A DNA stretch of 64,000 bases from Deltaproteobacteria bacterium (GCA_017302835.1 JAFLCC010000007.1:79870-143869), one strand, 5' to 3'. Counted from the stretch's first letter, positions 9,364 to 19,718 are shown. Translations and numbers: made by a program. Notes: a model not told the origin generated them from the letters alone.

Positions 9364-10578
9364 GTGGGACTTAAATCAGAACCTTTAATTGAAATTAAAG
9401 AAAATCTCCTCGAACTCGAAGAACTTGTCTTAGCCGCAGGTGGGATCATTGTTGGTGCCCTGACTCAAACTTTAGTTCAATGGAATCCTGCCACTCTCAT
9501 TGGTAGTGGCAAGGTTCAAGAAATTAAAGAAATGGTTCAGGACTCGGGTGCCGAGCTTGTCATTATCGACCACTTAATTTCCGGGGTGCAAGCTCGAAAC
9601 CTTGAACAAGCTATAGGGGTTAAGGTTCTCGATCGCAATCAGATCATTTTAGATATTTTTTCTCAACGGGCTCAAACTTTTGAAGGGAAGCTTCAGGTGG
9701 AGCTTGCTAAATTGCTAGATCAGATGCCACGGATGGTGGATGCGTGGATGGGATCTCTTTCTCGACAAGGAGGAGGCATTGGAACGCGTGGACCTGGAGA
9801 AACGGCGCTTGAAAATGACCGTCGCCGCATTCGCGAACGAGCTGCCGTGATTAAGAAAAAACTTGAGAGCGTCAGAAAAAACCGAGCTCAGCATCGATTA
9901 TCCCGTCGCCGTCATGAAATTCCTAGCTTTGCCTTGATTGGTTATACCAATTCTGGAAAAAGTTCTATTCTCAATCGTCTTACTGGCTCCCAGGTACTCT
10001 CCAAAAATCAAGTCTTTGCGACTCTAGACCCTACAACTCGAAAAATATTTTTACCTGATGGACCACCCTCCGTCGTCACAGACACCGTTGGTTTTATCCG
10101 TAAATTACCCTTACAATTGATCGAAGCTTTTAAAGCCACTCTTGAGGAGTCAGGCGAGGCCGATGTCCTTTTGCATGTGATAGACCTATCTTCTCCAAAT
10201 ATGGAAAGGCAAATTGAAATTGTCGAAAAGCTTATCGAAGAATTTTCTTGGCAACATAAAAAAATTATTCATGTCTTTAATAAATTTGACATTGCTAGTC
10301 CCGACAAACAATTCAAAATAAAACATCATCCAAAAGTTTTTGTAAGCGCCCTGAATGGCCATGGAATTGAGTCCTTAAAGCAAATGATGGCAGACTCTTT
10401 AGCTGAAATTCAAAAAACGGTTCAACTTTTCTTCCCGAGAAACACGGAACATAAGATATACGATTTGGACAGAGATACGAAAATTTTTCGCAAAGAAGCC
10501 GCTACGGAAGGGACTATCTGCTACACTTCCCTGACTACCAATCAGCTCACAAAATGGAAAGAATACATTGTAAAATAG
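9364..10578 (+). CDS. hflX: GTPase HflX (the true start is probably upstream, see findings)
   Basis: Has GKLQVELA, GPGETALENDRR, GYTNSGKSS and DTVGF motifs. The coordinates follow the ORF track, which uses a GTG start. Confidence 0.9.
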   Translation: MGLKSEPLIEIKENLLELEELVLAAGGIIVGALTQTLVQWNPATLIGSGKVQEIKEMVQDSGAELVIIDHLISGVQARNLEQAIGVKVLDRNQIILDIFSQRAQTFEGKLQVELAKLLDQMPRMVDAWMGSLSRQGGGIGTRGPGETALENDRRRIRERAAVIKKKLESVRKNRAQHRLSRRRHEIPSFALIGYTNSGKSSILNRLTGSQVLSKNQVFATLDPTTRKIFLPDGPPSVVTDTVGFIRKLPLQLIEAFKATLEESGEADVLLHVIDLSSPNMERQIEIVEKLIEEFSWQHKKIIHVFNKFDIASPDKQFKIKHHPKVFVSALNGHGIESLKQMMADSLAEIQKTVQLFFPRNTEHKIYDLDRDTKIFRKEAATEGTICYTSLTTNQLTKWKEYIVK

Positions 10579-10597
10579 CCTCAAATTGCCACTAAAT

Positions 10598-10831
10598 TTA
10601 AAAAGATATCGTAAATGGTTTCGTGTTTCCTGATTTTTCTTTCATTGGTCGCGTCACATCTCTTCGTTCATTTTCACCAGATTGTAATAAAATTCTTTCT
10701 GGGTTTTGTTGTTTCTCGCGCAGGTCTTTTTCTGTTTGCAATAGAATGCCCATAATAACGAAGGTATTCATTATCATGAAAATAGAAATTAATATCATTT
10801 CTTTGATCATCATCGCCAACCTTTCAAACAC
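10598..10831 (-). CDS. Possible small membrane protein (weak call)
   Basis: 77-aa ORF with one hydrophobic segment and a GTG start. An equally long ORF lies on the opposite strand. Confidence 0.2.
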   Translation of the reverse strand: MFERLAMMIKEMILISIFMIMNTFVIMGILLQTEKDLREKQQNPERILLQSGENERRDVTRPMKEKSGNTKPFTISF

Positions 10832-10958
10832 ATGACAAATATTGGCCCACGGCTATCTATGGAAAACAATTTATCACGATGAGAAGAAGAGATAGCTCTA
10901 CTGATTCAATATTTATTCAAGTAGCAGGCCATTCACACCCGCCGACAGGCGTAACGAA

Positions 10959-13004
10959 TTACTTTCTTAAATAATTTCCGGAGTAGGTGTATAAAAAACC
11001 CAACAAGTATTTATTATACTTATAGGAGTCGACGTTGGAACTATTCACCGTGTAGGCAAAGTTCATTGAAATATTTTTATTTTTAGATAAATCCTTTGAA
11101 GCAATCAGCGTCGCTACGATAATTGAATCTTTTCGTAGATTTGAATTATCAGGATATTTTAAATCCGTGTACTCAAGTCTTGAAGAACCTTTGTAAATCT
11201 TGGTCCATGGGAAATTATAACTCAAACCTAAAATGGATTTATTAAAATTATTATTCTTCCCAATAGATGAATTGGTAATGTAATTGAAGTCACCAACGAT
11301 GGATTTGATACCTTTATCATCGAGTAATCGAATCAAACTATAACCGACAGTAGATCTCGTAGCTGACTGTTTGTCATCGTCACTAGTAACTTCTAAAGTT
11401 GAATTGTCAGAAACATAATCAAGCTTCGCAATATGTATCCACTTTTTAGATGAACTCCAATTTAAATCAAAGGAAGCTCCTGGCGACGACATAATCTGTT
11501 TGCGACTGCCGCCATCATTGCTCATACTTAAAAGACTATAATAAGGAATAAAATTGGAAGAGAAATCTTTTCCAAATAAAACCCATTGATGTGACATAGG
11601 GAGTTTTAATCCCATTTGCAGTGGATCTGCTGACTGAATCGTGCTATCTGATTTTAAATTTTTATCAAGACTGTACATGTCGCTGATATCCAATTGCAAA
11701 GAATAGAGAGACTTCATCGTTCTATAGGCATTATAGGTAAAACTACCACCATATTGAAAACGGATAGCTTCAGAATTTGTTGCTAAGTTTTGTGTGGAAA
11801 TATTTAAGACATTGCCATCATATTGAGGCCCAAAAAATAATGAGTATTTAAAAATTTCTTTCTGACTCTCAAGAAAATTTTCCAATCTATCAATTTCTTC
11901 AATTTTTAATTCGGCTTCTTTATCAATACCGGGATCGGAAGATTTGTCTAAAACATATTGGAAGTCCTCACGAGCTTCCTTAAATTTATTTTGTTTCATC
12001 TCTATGTTGCCAGCATAAAAGGCCGATATAGGGCTCAGATCCTTATCGTTATCCTCTTTGAGGTCTTTAAAATACGCCAAAGCCTTATCCACCTCATTTA
12101 GCTTCAGATGGTTCAAGGCGACATAATACCGATGTTCATAAATATTTTGGTCACCACCTTCAGCCATGGATAAAATAGACAGGGATTTATTGTAATTATT
12201 AATTTTATACAGACTTACTGCATACTGATAATAAAACAAATCATTTTCTGGATCCAAAGAAGAGGCTTCTTCATACAAGCGAACAGCTTCTTTAAAATTT
12301 TGATTTTGATAGGCCACATAGGCTTGATTTGATTTTTCAGATGCCAGTTTTTTATTTTTCTCTTTTTCTTCCTTAGTTTTTAACTCTTGTTTTTTTAACA
12401 GTTCTTCTCTTTTCAAAGCCTCTTGCACTTCAAAACTCAACCTTGTCTGCTCTTGTATTCGGTCATTTAATCTTACAAGAGTCTCTTTTTTCTCTTTGAA
12501 AATAGCCTTGGTCTCCTTGCTAGCGTTTGTTGCTACCTTGCTGTTTTTTTTATCTTCCAATTGAATTTTGTCTTGCTGTTTTTGAAGTTCTTCCCTGGCT
12601 TTATTTAAAAATTGAACCGTGTACTCTTGCCACTCTGACTCTTTATTAAACAAAACAACAGAGAGCGCCTTTTCTTGAGAATTCGTATTTGGAATCACAT
12701 GGGCAAATAATTTGCTACCTGATTTTGTTAAAAATTCTAAATTTTGACTTGCTAGTTTTTGCATGTCCATTTGAATTCTAAAATACCCATTCAACATTCG
12801 TTTATCTTCGCTGGAGGGAGTCAGCTCCACAGAGGCTTTTTTCTTGCTTTGAATTTCTAGTACCGTTAAATAAATCGACTTGCCTGCATTATTAGAATTA
12901 AAATATTCTATGTAGATGGGTTGATTTTGAAGCAGGGTCACTTGTTGTCCCAAGGCAAAAACTTGGGACACGGTCAGCAAAGAGAGTAAAAGTATTTTCA
13001 TCAT
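10959..13004 (-). CDS. Secreted TPR-repeat protein with a coiled-coil and a C-terminal beta-rich (barrel-like) region
   Basis: Has a signal peptide, a K/E-rich coiled-coil, TPR-like repeats (AYVAYQNQNFKEAVRLYEEA...) and about 300 aa of alternating beta-strand pattern at the C-terminus. Confidence 0.7.
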   Translation of the reverse strand: MMKILLLSLLTVSQVFALGQQVTLLQNQPIYIEYFNSNNAGKSIYLTVLEIQSKKKASVELTPSSEDKRMLNGYFRIQMDMQKLASQNLEFLTKSGSKLFAHVIPNTNSQEKALSVVLFNKESEWQEYTVQFLNKAREELQKQQDKIQLEDKKNSKVATNASKETKAIFKEKKETLVRLNDRIQEQTRLSFEVQEALKREELLKKQELKTKEEKEKNKKLASEKSNQAYVAYQNQNFKEAVRLYEEASSLDPENDLFYYQYAVSLYKINNYNKSLSILSMAEGGDQNIYEHRYYVALNHLKLNEVDKALAYFKDLKEDNDKDLSPISAFYAGNIEMKQNKFKEAREDFQYVLDKSSDPGIDKEAELKIEEIDRLENFLESQKEIFKYSLFFGPQYDGNVLNISTQNLATNSEAIRFQYGGSFTYNAYRTMKSLYSLQLDISDMYSLDKNLKSDSTIQSADPLQMGLKLPMSHQWVLFGKDFSSNFIPYYSLLSMSNDGGSRKQIMSSPGASFDLNWSSSKKWIHIAKLDYVSDNSTLEVTSDDDKQSATRSTVGYSLIRLLDDKGIKSIVGDFNYITNSSIGKNNNFNKSILGLSYNFPWTKIYKGSSRLEYTDLKYPDNSNLRKDSIIVATLIASKDLSKNKNISMNFAYTVNSSNVDSYKYNKYLLGFLYTYSGNYLRK

Positions 13005-13020
13005 ATTTTTTCTATGGTTA

Positions 13021-14055
13021 CTAATTAGGTAATACGGGTTTAACTATTACCCTCGTTTTATTTAGCTTACTCCGAACGATCTCATCAATCACGGGATTTT
13101 GTTGAGACGGCTGTACCAAGGGCGGTAATCTTGGCATTTGTGGCTGCATCACAGGAACATCGGTACCCAAAGGGGGTTTTATTTCTTTGGCGGCACCAAA
13201 GTCCATATCTTTTTTATCAATCATGCTCTCAGCGGGTCTTTCTTTAACGACTTTACCGTTTCCATCACTTGCTGGTTCCCTTGATTTATCTGCATCTACT
13301 TTTTTATCTTTATCTTTTTTTTCATTTTGTTTTTCAGCTGGTTTTTCAGCTGGTTTTTCATTAGCGTCGGCCACTTTAGTTTCTGAACTTTGATTGGCCT
13401 TAGCTTGGCTTTCTTTATCTGCCTTGTTCATTTCTTCTTTAGGCATCACCTTAGGTGGCTCTGGATTATCTTGACCTTGCTTCACCGAAGACATCTCACC
13501 TTTTTTAATCATCACGACACTATTGGAAACTTGTCCGTTTGCCAAAACCGGAGCCATCTGGACAACGCCTTTAAAGGTCACCACTTCCGTGACTCTTGTT
13601 TTTACATCAAAAGAGGTGAGAAACTGAGTCCCCCGAACCCCAGCGACAGCCGTTGGTGTTTTAATTATAAATTTGCTTTTATCACCATCATATTTTTGCT
13701 CAACGTTATTTCTCACTTTACCTTGAGCCAGTTCAAGTTCTACATTCCGAACATTTGACTTCGGATCATTCTCGTATTTTGCAATAGTTAATACGGAATC
13801 TGGCGATACATTAATGACATTTCTGTCCGACATGGAAATTTTTGCCCGAGAATCTTTCAGCGTGGTAATTTTATCTCCTGGATAAACTTTCAAACCCACT
13901 TTTCCAACGGATTTACCAGTTTTAACTGACTCAACCTCGACAGTGCCCTTCACCACCATGAAAATTCCATATAAATCATCAGCAAGCACGGGTTGTATCA
14001 AAATAAGACTATAAAAAAATAAGAAATATTTGTTTAAAAAAAATGTATTTGTCAT
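13021..14055 (-). CDS. FecR-domain protein with a K/P/E-rich tail
   Basis: Has a signal peptide and a FecR-like pattern (VKGTVEV...YPGDKITT...SRAKISMSD...). It also has a low-complexity KPAEKPAEK region. Confidence 0.75.
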   Translation of the reverse strand: MTNTFFLNKYFLFFYSLILIQPVLADDLYGIFMVVKGTVEVESVKTGKSVGKVGLKVYPGDKITTLKDSRAKISMSDRNVINVSPDSVLTIAKYENDPKSNVRNVELELAQGKVRNNVEQKYDGDKSKFIIKTPTAVAGVRGTQFLTSFDVKTRVTEVVTFKGVVQMAPVLANGQVSNSVVMIKKGEMSSVKQGQDNPEPPKVMPKEEMNKADKESQAKANQSSETKVADANEKPAEKPAEKQNEKKDKDKKVDADKSREPASDGNGKVVKERPAESMIDKKDMDFGAAKEIKPPLGTDVPVMQPQMPRLPPLVQPSQQNPVIDEIVRSKLNKTRVIVKPVLPN

Positions 14056-14125
14056 GGTTTCATTTTAACATAGCTAAAAAATAAAATGCCATCATTATTA
14101 TCATTTTTTAAGATGAACGTCGAAT

Positions 14126-14443
14126 TCAGGGACAATAATATGCCGTTCCTGATACGGCTGTCTCATACCCAGATGCTGTTTCCATAACAACATAATTGGC
14201 TCCCTTAAAGGCGACCTCTTTTTTCATATCTTCAATGGCCGCTTCCAGGTTAGGTGAAGCACTTATCGTTCGGCCCTGGACCCGACCTAGGTTTTTACAC
14301 TCTTGGGGTGGGTTCTCTCGACTGATAGTAATTTTATCGGCACTCGGAACAATAGGTTGAGTTGAACAGGCACTCAAAATGAGATTCAACTGTATTAATA
14401 ATAAGTAAAATAATTTAGAGATCACCAGATTTTTTTTACGCAT
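14126..14443 (-). CDS. Small lipoprotein, DUF4156-like
   Basis: Has a lipobox (ILSAC). The pattern C..LG.V.G...A...KKEVAFKGANYVV...GTAYYC matches DUF4156. Confidence 0.6.
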   Translation of the reverse strand: MRKKNLVISKLFYLLLIQLNLILSACSTQPIVPSADKITISRENPPQECKNLGRVQGRTISASPNLEAAIEDMKKEVAFKGANYVVMETASGYETAVSGTAYYCP

Positions 14444-14577
14444 AACTTACTCCTCGAAAGGGTAAGTCATATTATGACTTAATATTTTTAATTCAACAAC
14501 TTCTTTGTTTCACAAAGTTTTACAAAAACGGAAATTCCTTTGCTTTCAAGGATGAACTCCATTAAATCTTTAAATGA

Positions 14578-15474
14578 ATGCTCACTCGATTTTGTTTTTT
14601 TTTAATTCTTCTTTTACTGTTTGGATGCACTTCAAATATTCAGGTGGGAACCGAAAAAAATCCTATTAAACTTTTTTTAATTCCTGGACAAGATTCGCAA
14701 GTTCTAGAAGATAATGGGAAAAAAGTAACCCAATACCTCCAGGCTAAAACAAAACTTTTTTATGATATCAAAGTTCCCTCCAGTTATATTGCCGTTGTCG
14801 AAGCTTTTGGATCAAAGAAGGCGGACGTCGCCATCATGAACACGTTTGGTTACATTCTGGCCCATGATAAATATGGTGTTGAAGCCAAACTAATGGGAAT
14901 TCAATTTGGTGAGAAATTTTATCAAGGCCAAATCATCACCCGCAAGGGACACATCAAAAAGTTTGAGGACCTGGATGGAAAGAAGTTTGCCTTCGTTGAC
15001 CCTGCCTCTGCCTCTGGGTTTTTAATGCCTATTGATCTTATGAAGAAAAAAAATATTAAACCCAAGGAATTTGTTTTTGCTGGAAAACACGATACCGTTG
15101 TGACCATGGTCTATCAAAAACAAGTAGATGCCGGTGCCACTTTTTACACACCGACAAAGGATGGAAAACCCCAAGATGCTCGTAAACTTGTTTTGACTCA
15201 GTTTCCAGATGTTTTTGAAAAAATTGAGATTTTAAAACTCACAGACCCCATTCCCAATGACCCCATTGTTTTCCGAAGAGATTTAGACCCTGAAATTAAG
15301 AATAAAATAAAAGAAGCCCTTCTCGACTATTTAAATACGGAAGACGGCAAAAGCACTTTTATGAAACTCTACAATATGAATGGTGTTATTTCTGTGGATG
15401 ACACCCACTACGATCAAGTGCGAGCCACTCTTAAAAACCTTGGGAAAGAAGCTCAAGATTTTATTAAAAAATAG
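14578..15474 (+). CDS. PhnD-like phosphonate/phosphate ABC-type substrate-binding lipoprotein (orphan)
   Basis: Has a lipobox (LFGC) and PhnD-family similarity (YIAVVEAFGSKKADVA, FVDPASASG). Confidence 0.75.
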   Translation: MLTRFCFFLILLLLFGCTSNIQVGTEKNPIKLFLIPGQDSQVLEDNGKKVTQYLQAKTKLFYDIKVPSSYIAVVEAFGSKKADVAIMNTFGYILAHDKYGVEAKLMGIQFGEKFYQGQIITRKGHIKKFEDLDGKKFAFVDPASASGFLMPIDLMKKKNIKPKEFVFAGKHDTVVTMVYQKQVDAGATFYTPTKDGKPQDARKLVLTQFPDVFEKIEILKLTDPIPNDPIVFRRDLDPEIKNKIKEALLDYLNTEDGKSTFMKLYNMNGVISVDDTHYDQVRATLKNLGKEAQDFIKK

Positions 15475-15500
15475 ACTTCTTGGAACGCGAGCTCGGGGGC

Positions 15501-15914
15501 CTAGCGGTGATTTTTTTTGGGTTCTTCTGGTTTTTCTTTTAAAATCATGGTGTCTAAAACGGCTTTTGATTCGTAGGATTTACTTGTTTTAAAACCACGT
15601 ATTTTTTTATTTTGATGTTCATCCCTATCTAATTGTTCTTTCATATCCACCGTGAGATCACCAAAACATCTCATTTGACAGGAGAGGCGACGACCATCCA
15701 GAAAATAATTTGTGCCTAGAACACTCAGTTCGTCTCGTCCTGGAGGATTTACATTATTTTCACCATCTACAATTTTTATACGGCACTCACCACAACTTGG
15801 AACCCCTTTACAAATCGATTTTATTTCAATGTGATTTTCCAAAGCTAATTCCAACAAAGATTTATCAGAGTTTCCTTCAATGGTGATATTTTGTGGGACA
15901 AATTTGATTTTCAT
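15501..15914 (-). CDS. 2Fe-2S ferredoxin-like protein
   Basis: Cys pattern CKGVPSCGEC...C..RC in a beta-grasp-sized N-terminal domain. Confidence 0.7.
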   Translation of the reverse strand: MKIKFVPQNITIEGNSDKSLLELALENHIEIKSICKGVPSCGECRIKIVDGENNVNPPGRDELSVLGTNYFLDGRRLSCQMRCFGDLTVDMKEQLDRDEHQNKKIRGFKTSKSYESKAVLDTMILKEKPEEPKKNHR

Positions 15915-15930
15915 TTAGTCACCTATTTCT

Positions 15931-17151
15931 TTATTCAACAATAATCTTAATAAATTTCTTTTTTCCTGCTTTAATAACAAAGGATCTACCTGAAAGTAAA
16001 TCCATCTTAAATTTGGGATGAGTCACCTTTTCATTATCAATACTGACAGCTCCCCCCTCGATCAATCTGGCGGCTTCAGAATTTGTTTGCGCCATACCCC
16101 AAGTCGTCAACAAATGATTTAGTGGTTGTTGAAGCAATTCTTTACTTTTGATTTCTGGGATTTCATCTGGAAGTCCTTTTTGAACAAAAATTCTATCAAA
16201 TTCAACTTCCGCATTCTGTGCCTCCGACTGGGAATGAAACCGGGCCACAAAATACTTTGCTAATTGCACCTTTACTTCTCTGGGGTGTCGTTTTCCATTT
16301 TGAATTTCTTCTTTTAATTTTTGAATTTCACTGGAATTCATATCGGTCAATAATTCATAATACCTGAACATGAGAGTGTCAGAAACTCGCATGGTTTTTC
16401 CAAACATCTCTTTAGGGGAATCTATTACAGAAATATAATTATCTAAAGATTTAGACATTTTATTTACGCCATCTAAACCTTCTAAAATAGGCATGGTTAA
16501 CACACACTGTGGTTCCTGGCCATATTGAGATTGCAAGTCTCTTCCTACAAGCAAATTGAATTTTTGATCGGTTCCGCCTAGCTCCACATCCGTCTTTAAA
16601 GCTACCGAATCATATCCCTGAGTCAAGGGGTAGAGAAGCTCATGGACCGCTATGGGCGTTTGGGCCCTTAAACGATTTGAAAAGTCATCACGTTCAAGAA
16701 TTCTCGCCACTGTGTATTTAGCAGAAAGTTTGATGAGATCAATAGCAGACATAGGCTCAAGCCATTTTGAGTTATATACAATTTCAGTTTTATCTGGATC
16801 TAAAATTTTAAAAACTTGTTTAGCATAGGTCTTTGCATTTTCCTGAATCTCTTCTCTGGTTAAAACAGGTCTTGTTTGGTTTCTTCCCGAGGGATCCCCA
16901 ATAAGAGAGGTAAAATCCCCAATTAAAAAATGAATATGATGTCCCAAATCTTGAAAAGTTTTTAATTTATTAATAACTACCGTGTGCCCCAAATGAATAT
17001 CTGGCCGAGTGGGATCAGCACCAAACTTTATCAGTAGAGGCTTCTTTGTTTCGATGCTTTTTTTAAGTTTCTTTAGTAATTCAGTTTTGGAAATCAAATC
17101 CACACAACCAAAACTAATTCTTTCTAATTGTTCTTCTGCACTGACTATCAT
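15931..17151 (-). CDS. tyrS: Tyrosine--tRNA ligase
   Basis: Has HLGH and KMSKS class I motifs and a C-terminal S4-like domain. Confidence 0.95.
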   Translation of the reverse strand: MIVSAEEQLERISFGCVDLISKTELLKKLKKSIETKKPLLIKFGADPTRPDIHLGHTVVINKLKTFQDLGHHIHFLIGDFTSLIGDPSGRNQTRPVLTREEIQENAKTYAKQVFKILDPDKTEIVYNSKWLEPMSAIDLIKLSAKYTVARILERDDFSNRLRAQTPIAVHELLYPLTQGYDSVALKTDVELGGTDQKFNLLVGRDLQSQYGQEPQCVLTMPILEGLDGVNKMSKSLDNYISVIDSPKEMFGKTMRVSDTLMFRYYELLTDMNSSEIQKLKEEIQNGKRHPREVKVQLAKYFVARFHSQSEAQNAEVEFDRIFVQKGLPDEIPEIKSKELLQQPLNHLLTTWGMAQTNSEAARLIEGGAVSIDNEKVTHPKFKMDLLSGRSFVIKAGKKKFIKIIVE

Positions 17152-17154
17152 TTT

Positions 17155-18720
17155 TTATCTCGCCATATCTATGGATCTTGTTTCTCTTACCACGGTGACT
17201 TTGGTAGAACCTAATTGAGGGAGTTCTCTTTCCACTTTTCTAGCAATATCTCTAGACAAGAGAACCGCAAATTCGTCCGTCACCTTTGAACTTTCCACAA
17301 CGACTCTGATTTCTTTTCCTGCTTGAATCGCGAAAGTTTTTACAACTCCATCAAAACTATTTCCAATGGATTCCAAATCATGAAGCCGTTGTATGTAATT
17401 ATCCATCTGAGGGCGCCGAGCTCCAGGACGTGAGTGTGATAAAATATTCGCCGCATGGACGATCCAGGCCAAGGTCGTACTCGGTTTTTCTTCATCATGA
17501 TGGGCCCTGATGGCATGACAGACTTCTTCTGATTCTCCATATTTTTTAGCCCACTCTGCGCCTACAAAAGAATGACTTCCTTCCACCACATGATCAATGG
17601 CTTTGCCTATATCATGGAGTAAACCGGCGCGTTTAGCTATTTTGGGATTCACTCCCAATTCAGCTGCCAAAAGCCCTGAAATATGAGCCACTTCCAAAGA
17701 GTGGTTTAAAACATTTTGCGCCTGAGACATCCTAAATTTCATTGAACCAATCAGCTTAGTGAGTTCTGGATGAATATGTGACAGCCCTAAATCTAGAATG
17801 ACCTGGTCCCCTGTTTCACGCAAGGATTTCATAATTTCAGACTTTTGCTTTTCAACGACTTCTTCTATTCTTGCGGGATGAACTCTTCCGTCTTCCATTA
17901 ACTTTTCAATAGTTTTTCTGGCAATTTCCCGGCGTATGGGATCAAAGCCAGAAATAACAACGGCCTCAGGCGTGTCATCGACAATTAAATCAACCCCACA
18001 AAGGGCTTCTAAAGTTCTTATATTTCTGCCCTCTCTCCCAATTATTTTTCCCTTCATTTCATCACTTTGAAGAGCAAGAACACTGACGGTTCTTTCAGAG
18101 GTGTACTCGGCCGCAAATCTTGCCAAGGCTGTAGCGATAACTTTCTTAGCTCGTTGACTTGATTCTTTATGAGTTTCTATTTCAATTTCGGCAATTTTTT
18201 TGGCTGATTCTAATTTGGCTTCCTCTTCCAAAGAACTTATCAATTGTCTTTTCGCCTCTTCTTGGGTCATTTGAGCCATGTTTTGCAACCTGATTTTTAG
18301 TTGTGAAAGTTCTTGCTCTGCTTTCTTATCAAGTTCTTTGATCCGCTGCTCAGAAATCGAAATCTTTTCATCACGGTCTTTGAGTGACAGAATAAATTTT
18401 TCATTTTCATCTTGCCTGTGCTTGTTTTGATCATCCACTTCCCGTAATTTTTTTTCCAATTGCTGTTCTTTACTTTTTAATTGGTTTTTTTGTTTCTGAA
18501 TATCTAACTCAAAATTCTTTCTTGCTCTGGCCTCAAAATCTTTAGCCTTAGCCTCAGAATCTTTTTTAATTTTGTTGGCTTCATTTTTAGCTTTATTGAC
18601 AATTTTATCAGCTTCCATTTTTGCTGATTTTTTTTGGATATCATCTTTGTACTTTTTAATAAAAAAGACAACTACCCCACCCAAAAGTAAACCTATGATA
18701 ACAGAAATGACTATTTCCAT
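17155..18720 (-). CDS. rny: Ribonuclease Y
   Basis: Has an N-terminal TM segment, a coiled-coil, a KH domain (GREGRNIR) and an HD domain (LLHDIGK). Confidence 0.95.
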   Translation of the reverse strand: MEIVISVIIGLLLGGVVVFFIKKYKDDIQKKSAKMEADKIVNKAKNEANKIKKDSEAKAKDFEARARKNFELDIQKQKNQLKSKEQQLEKKLREVDDQNKHRQDENEKFILSLKDRDEKISISEQRIKELDKKAEQELSQLKIRLQNMAQMTQEEAKRQLISSLEEEAKLESAKKIAEIEIETHKESSQRAKKVIATALARFAAEYTSERTVSVLALQSDEMKGKIIGREGRNIRTLEALCGVDLIVDDTPEAVVISGFDPIRREIARKTIEKLMEDGRVHPARIEEVVEKQKSEIMKSLRETGDQVILDLGLSHIHPELTKLIGSMKFRMSQAQNVLNHSLEVAHISGLLAAELGVNPKIAKRAGLLHDIGKAIDHVVEGSHSFVGAEWAKKYGESEEVCHAIRAHHDEEKPSTTLAWIVHAANILSHSRPGARRPQMDNYIQRLHDLESIGNSFDGVVKTFAIQAGKEIRVVVESSKVTDEFAVLLSRDIARKVERELPQLGSTKVTVVRETRSIDMAR

Positions 18721-18722
18721 TT

Positions 18723-19289
18723 TTAATTCCTCTCCATTTTTTTAAGTCCATTTTCAGTCAATACAAAGTCCATGCTAATATCCCAAGGATCCACTGGAAA
18801 TTCTTTATTCGTGTATTGAACTTCAAAACAAGTTCCAATTTTTAACCCATTAAAATTCACTAAAAACCGGTCATAAAATCCTTTACCTTTTCCCAACCGT
18901 TGCCCCTGATAATTAAATCCAAGTCCAGGCACAAAAACACCAGACATCTGAATTGGATCAACCAAAGTACCGTCTTTGGGCTCCTTCATTCCCAAAGGAT
19001 GGCTCACGAAATTTTCTGCCTGGTAAAAAAATAGATCTTGGTTTTCCACTTTGGGAAAAGCAAAGGCTAAATTTTGATTCTGATTCTGCTCTAAAAAATC
19101 ACGAATAGGTGGTTCGCTGAGCAGGGGATAGAAAAAACCCCAAATACCTTTTCTGTTTTTAAAGAAATCAGACAAAACAGATCTCCACTTTGCACGAATC
19201 TCTGCTTGCCGCTCCTCTTTCAGAAACAAGGCAATTTGATTATTAAAATAAACTCTCCACTCGATTTTAGAGAGTTCTTTGGATTTCAT
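18723..19289 (-). CDS. 5-formyltetrahydrofolate cyclo-ligase
   Basis: Has the GKGKGFYDRFL signature. Its size and its linkage to zapA match the enterobacterial zapA-ssrS-ygfA region. Confidence 0.85.
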   Translation of the reverse strand: MKSKELSKIEWRVYFNNQIALFLKEERQAEIRAKWRSVLSDFFKNRKGIWGFFYPLLSEPPIRDFLEQNQNQNLAFAFPKVENQDLFFYQAENFVSHPLGMKEPKDGTLVDPIQMSGVFVPGLGFNYQGQRLGKGKGFYDRFLVNFNGLKIGTCFEVQYTNKEFPVDPWDISMDFVLTENGLKKMERN

Positions 19290-19303
19290 GAAAACTCCTA
19301 GAA

Positions 19304-19639
19304 CTAATTTTTTTTTGAGTTTTCAATTTCATTAGATAATTTTAGGATTTTTTCTTCGACTTTTTCCAATTCTCTATGGGCTTTTCTTTTTAGTATGATT
19401 AACTCTTCCGCGAGGTTTAATGCTGTCAGAATCGCCGCACTTTGATAAGATCCATTCTTTGTCATTTGAAGAGATTGTTCCATTTTTAAATTTATAAACC
19501 CAACGAGTTCCTGCACTGTCGCATCATCGAGATTTGTTTTGAGCTTATAAGGTAAACCGGCAATCAGAAAGTCATAGGTATGACCATCCTTTGAGGTCGA
19601 ATCTCTTTTCTTGGTTAGATCTGTTTGAGATGAAATCAT
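19304..19639 (-). CDS. zapA: Cell division protein ZapA
   Basis: 111 aa with a ZapA-like core (FLIAGLPYKL...AAILTALNLAEEL) and a C-terminal coiled-coil. Confidence 0.7.
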   Translation of the reverse strand: MISSQTDLTKKRDSTSKDGHTYDFLIAGLPYKLKTNLDDATVQELVGFINLKMEQSLQMTKNGSYQSAAILTALNLAEELIILKRKAHRELEKVEEKILKLSNEIENSKKN

Positions 19640-19718
19640 TAATATAATCCTAAATATATTCTTCTATTGAAAACTTAAATTTATTATATATTTTAAATGG
19701 TTATAATCAACAACTTCT

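Noticed and set aside
10598-10835. Two mutually overlapping ~70-aa ORFs on opposite strands in the hflX / TPR-gene spacer
   Set aside because: Both rely on alternative start codons and neither has a clear ribosome-binding site or motif. Only the minus-strand ORF is listed as a feature, at low confidence.
13390-13758. Long ORFs antisense to or overlapping confirmed genes (for example 13390..13758, 48441..48851, 50061..50387, 36112..36411, 31462..31758, 42504..42818, 4792..5154)
   Set aside because: Each lies entirely within, or largely overlaps, a confidently identified gene on the other strand or in another frame. Their composition is implausible and they have no ribosome-binding sites. They are shadow ORFs.
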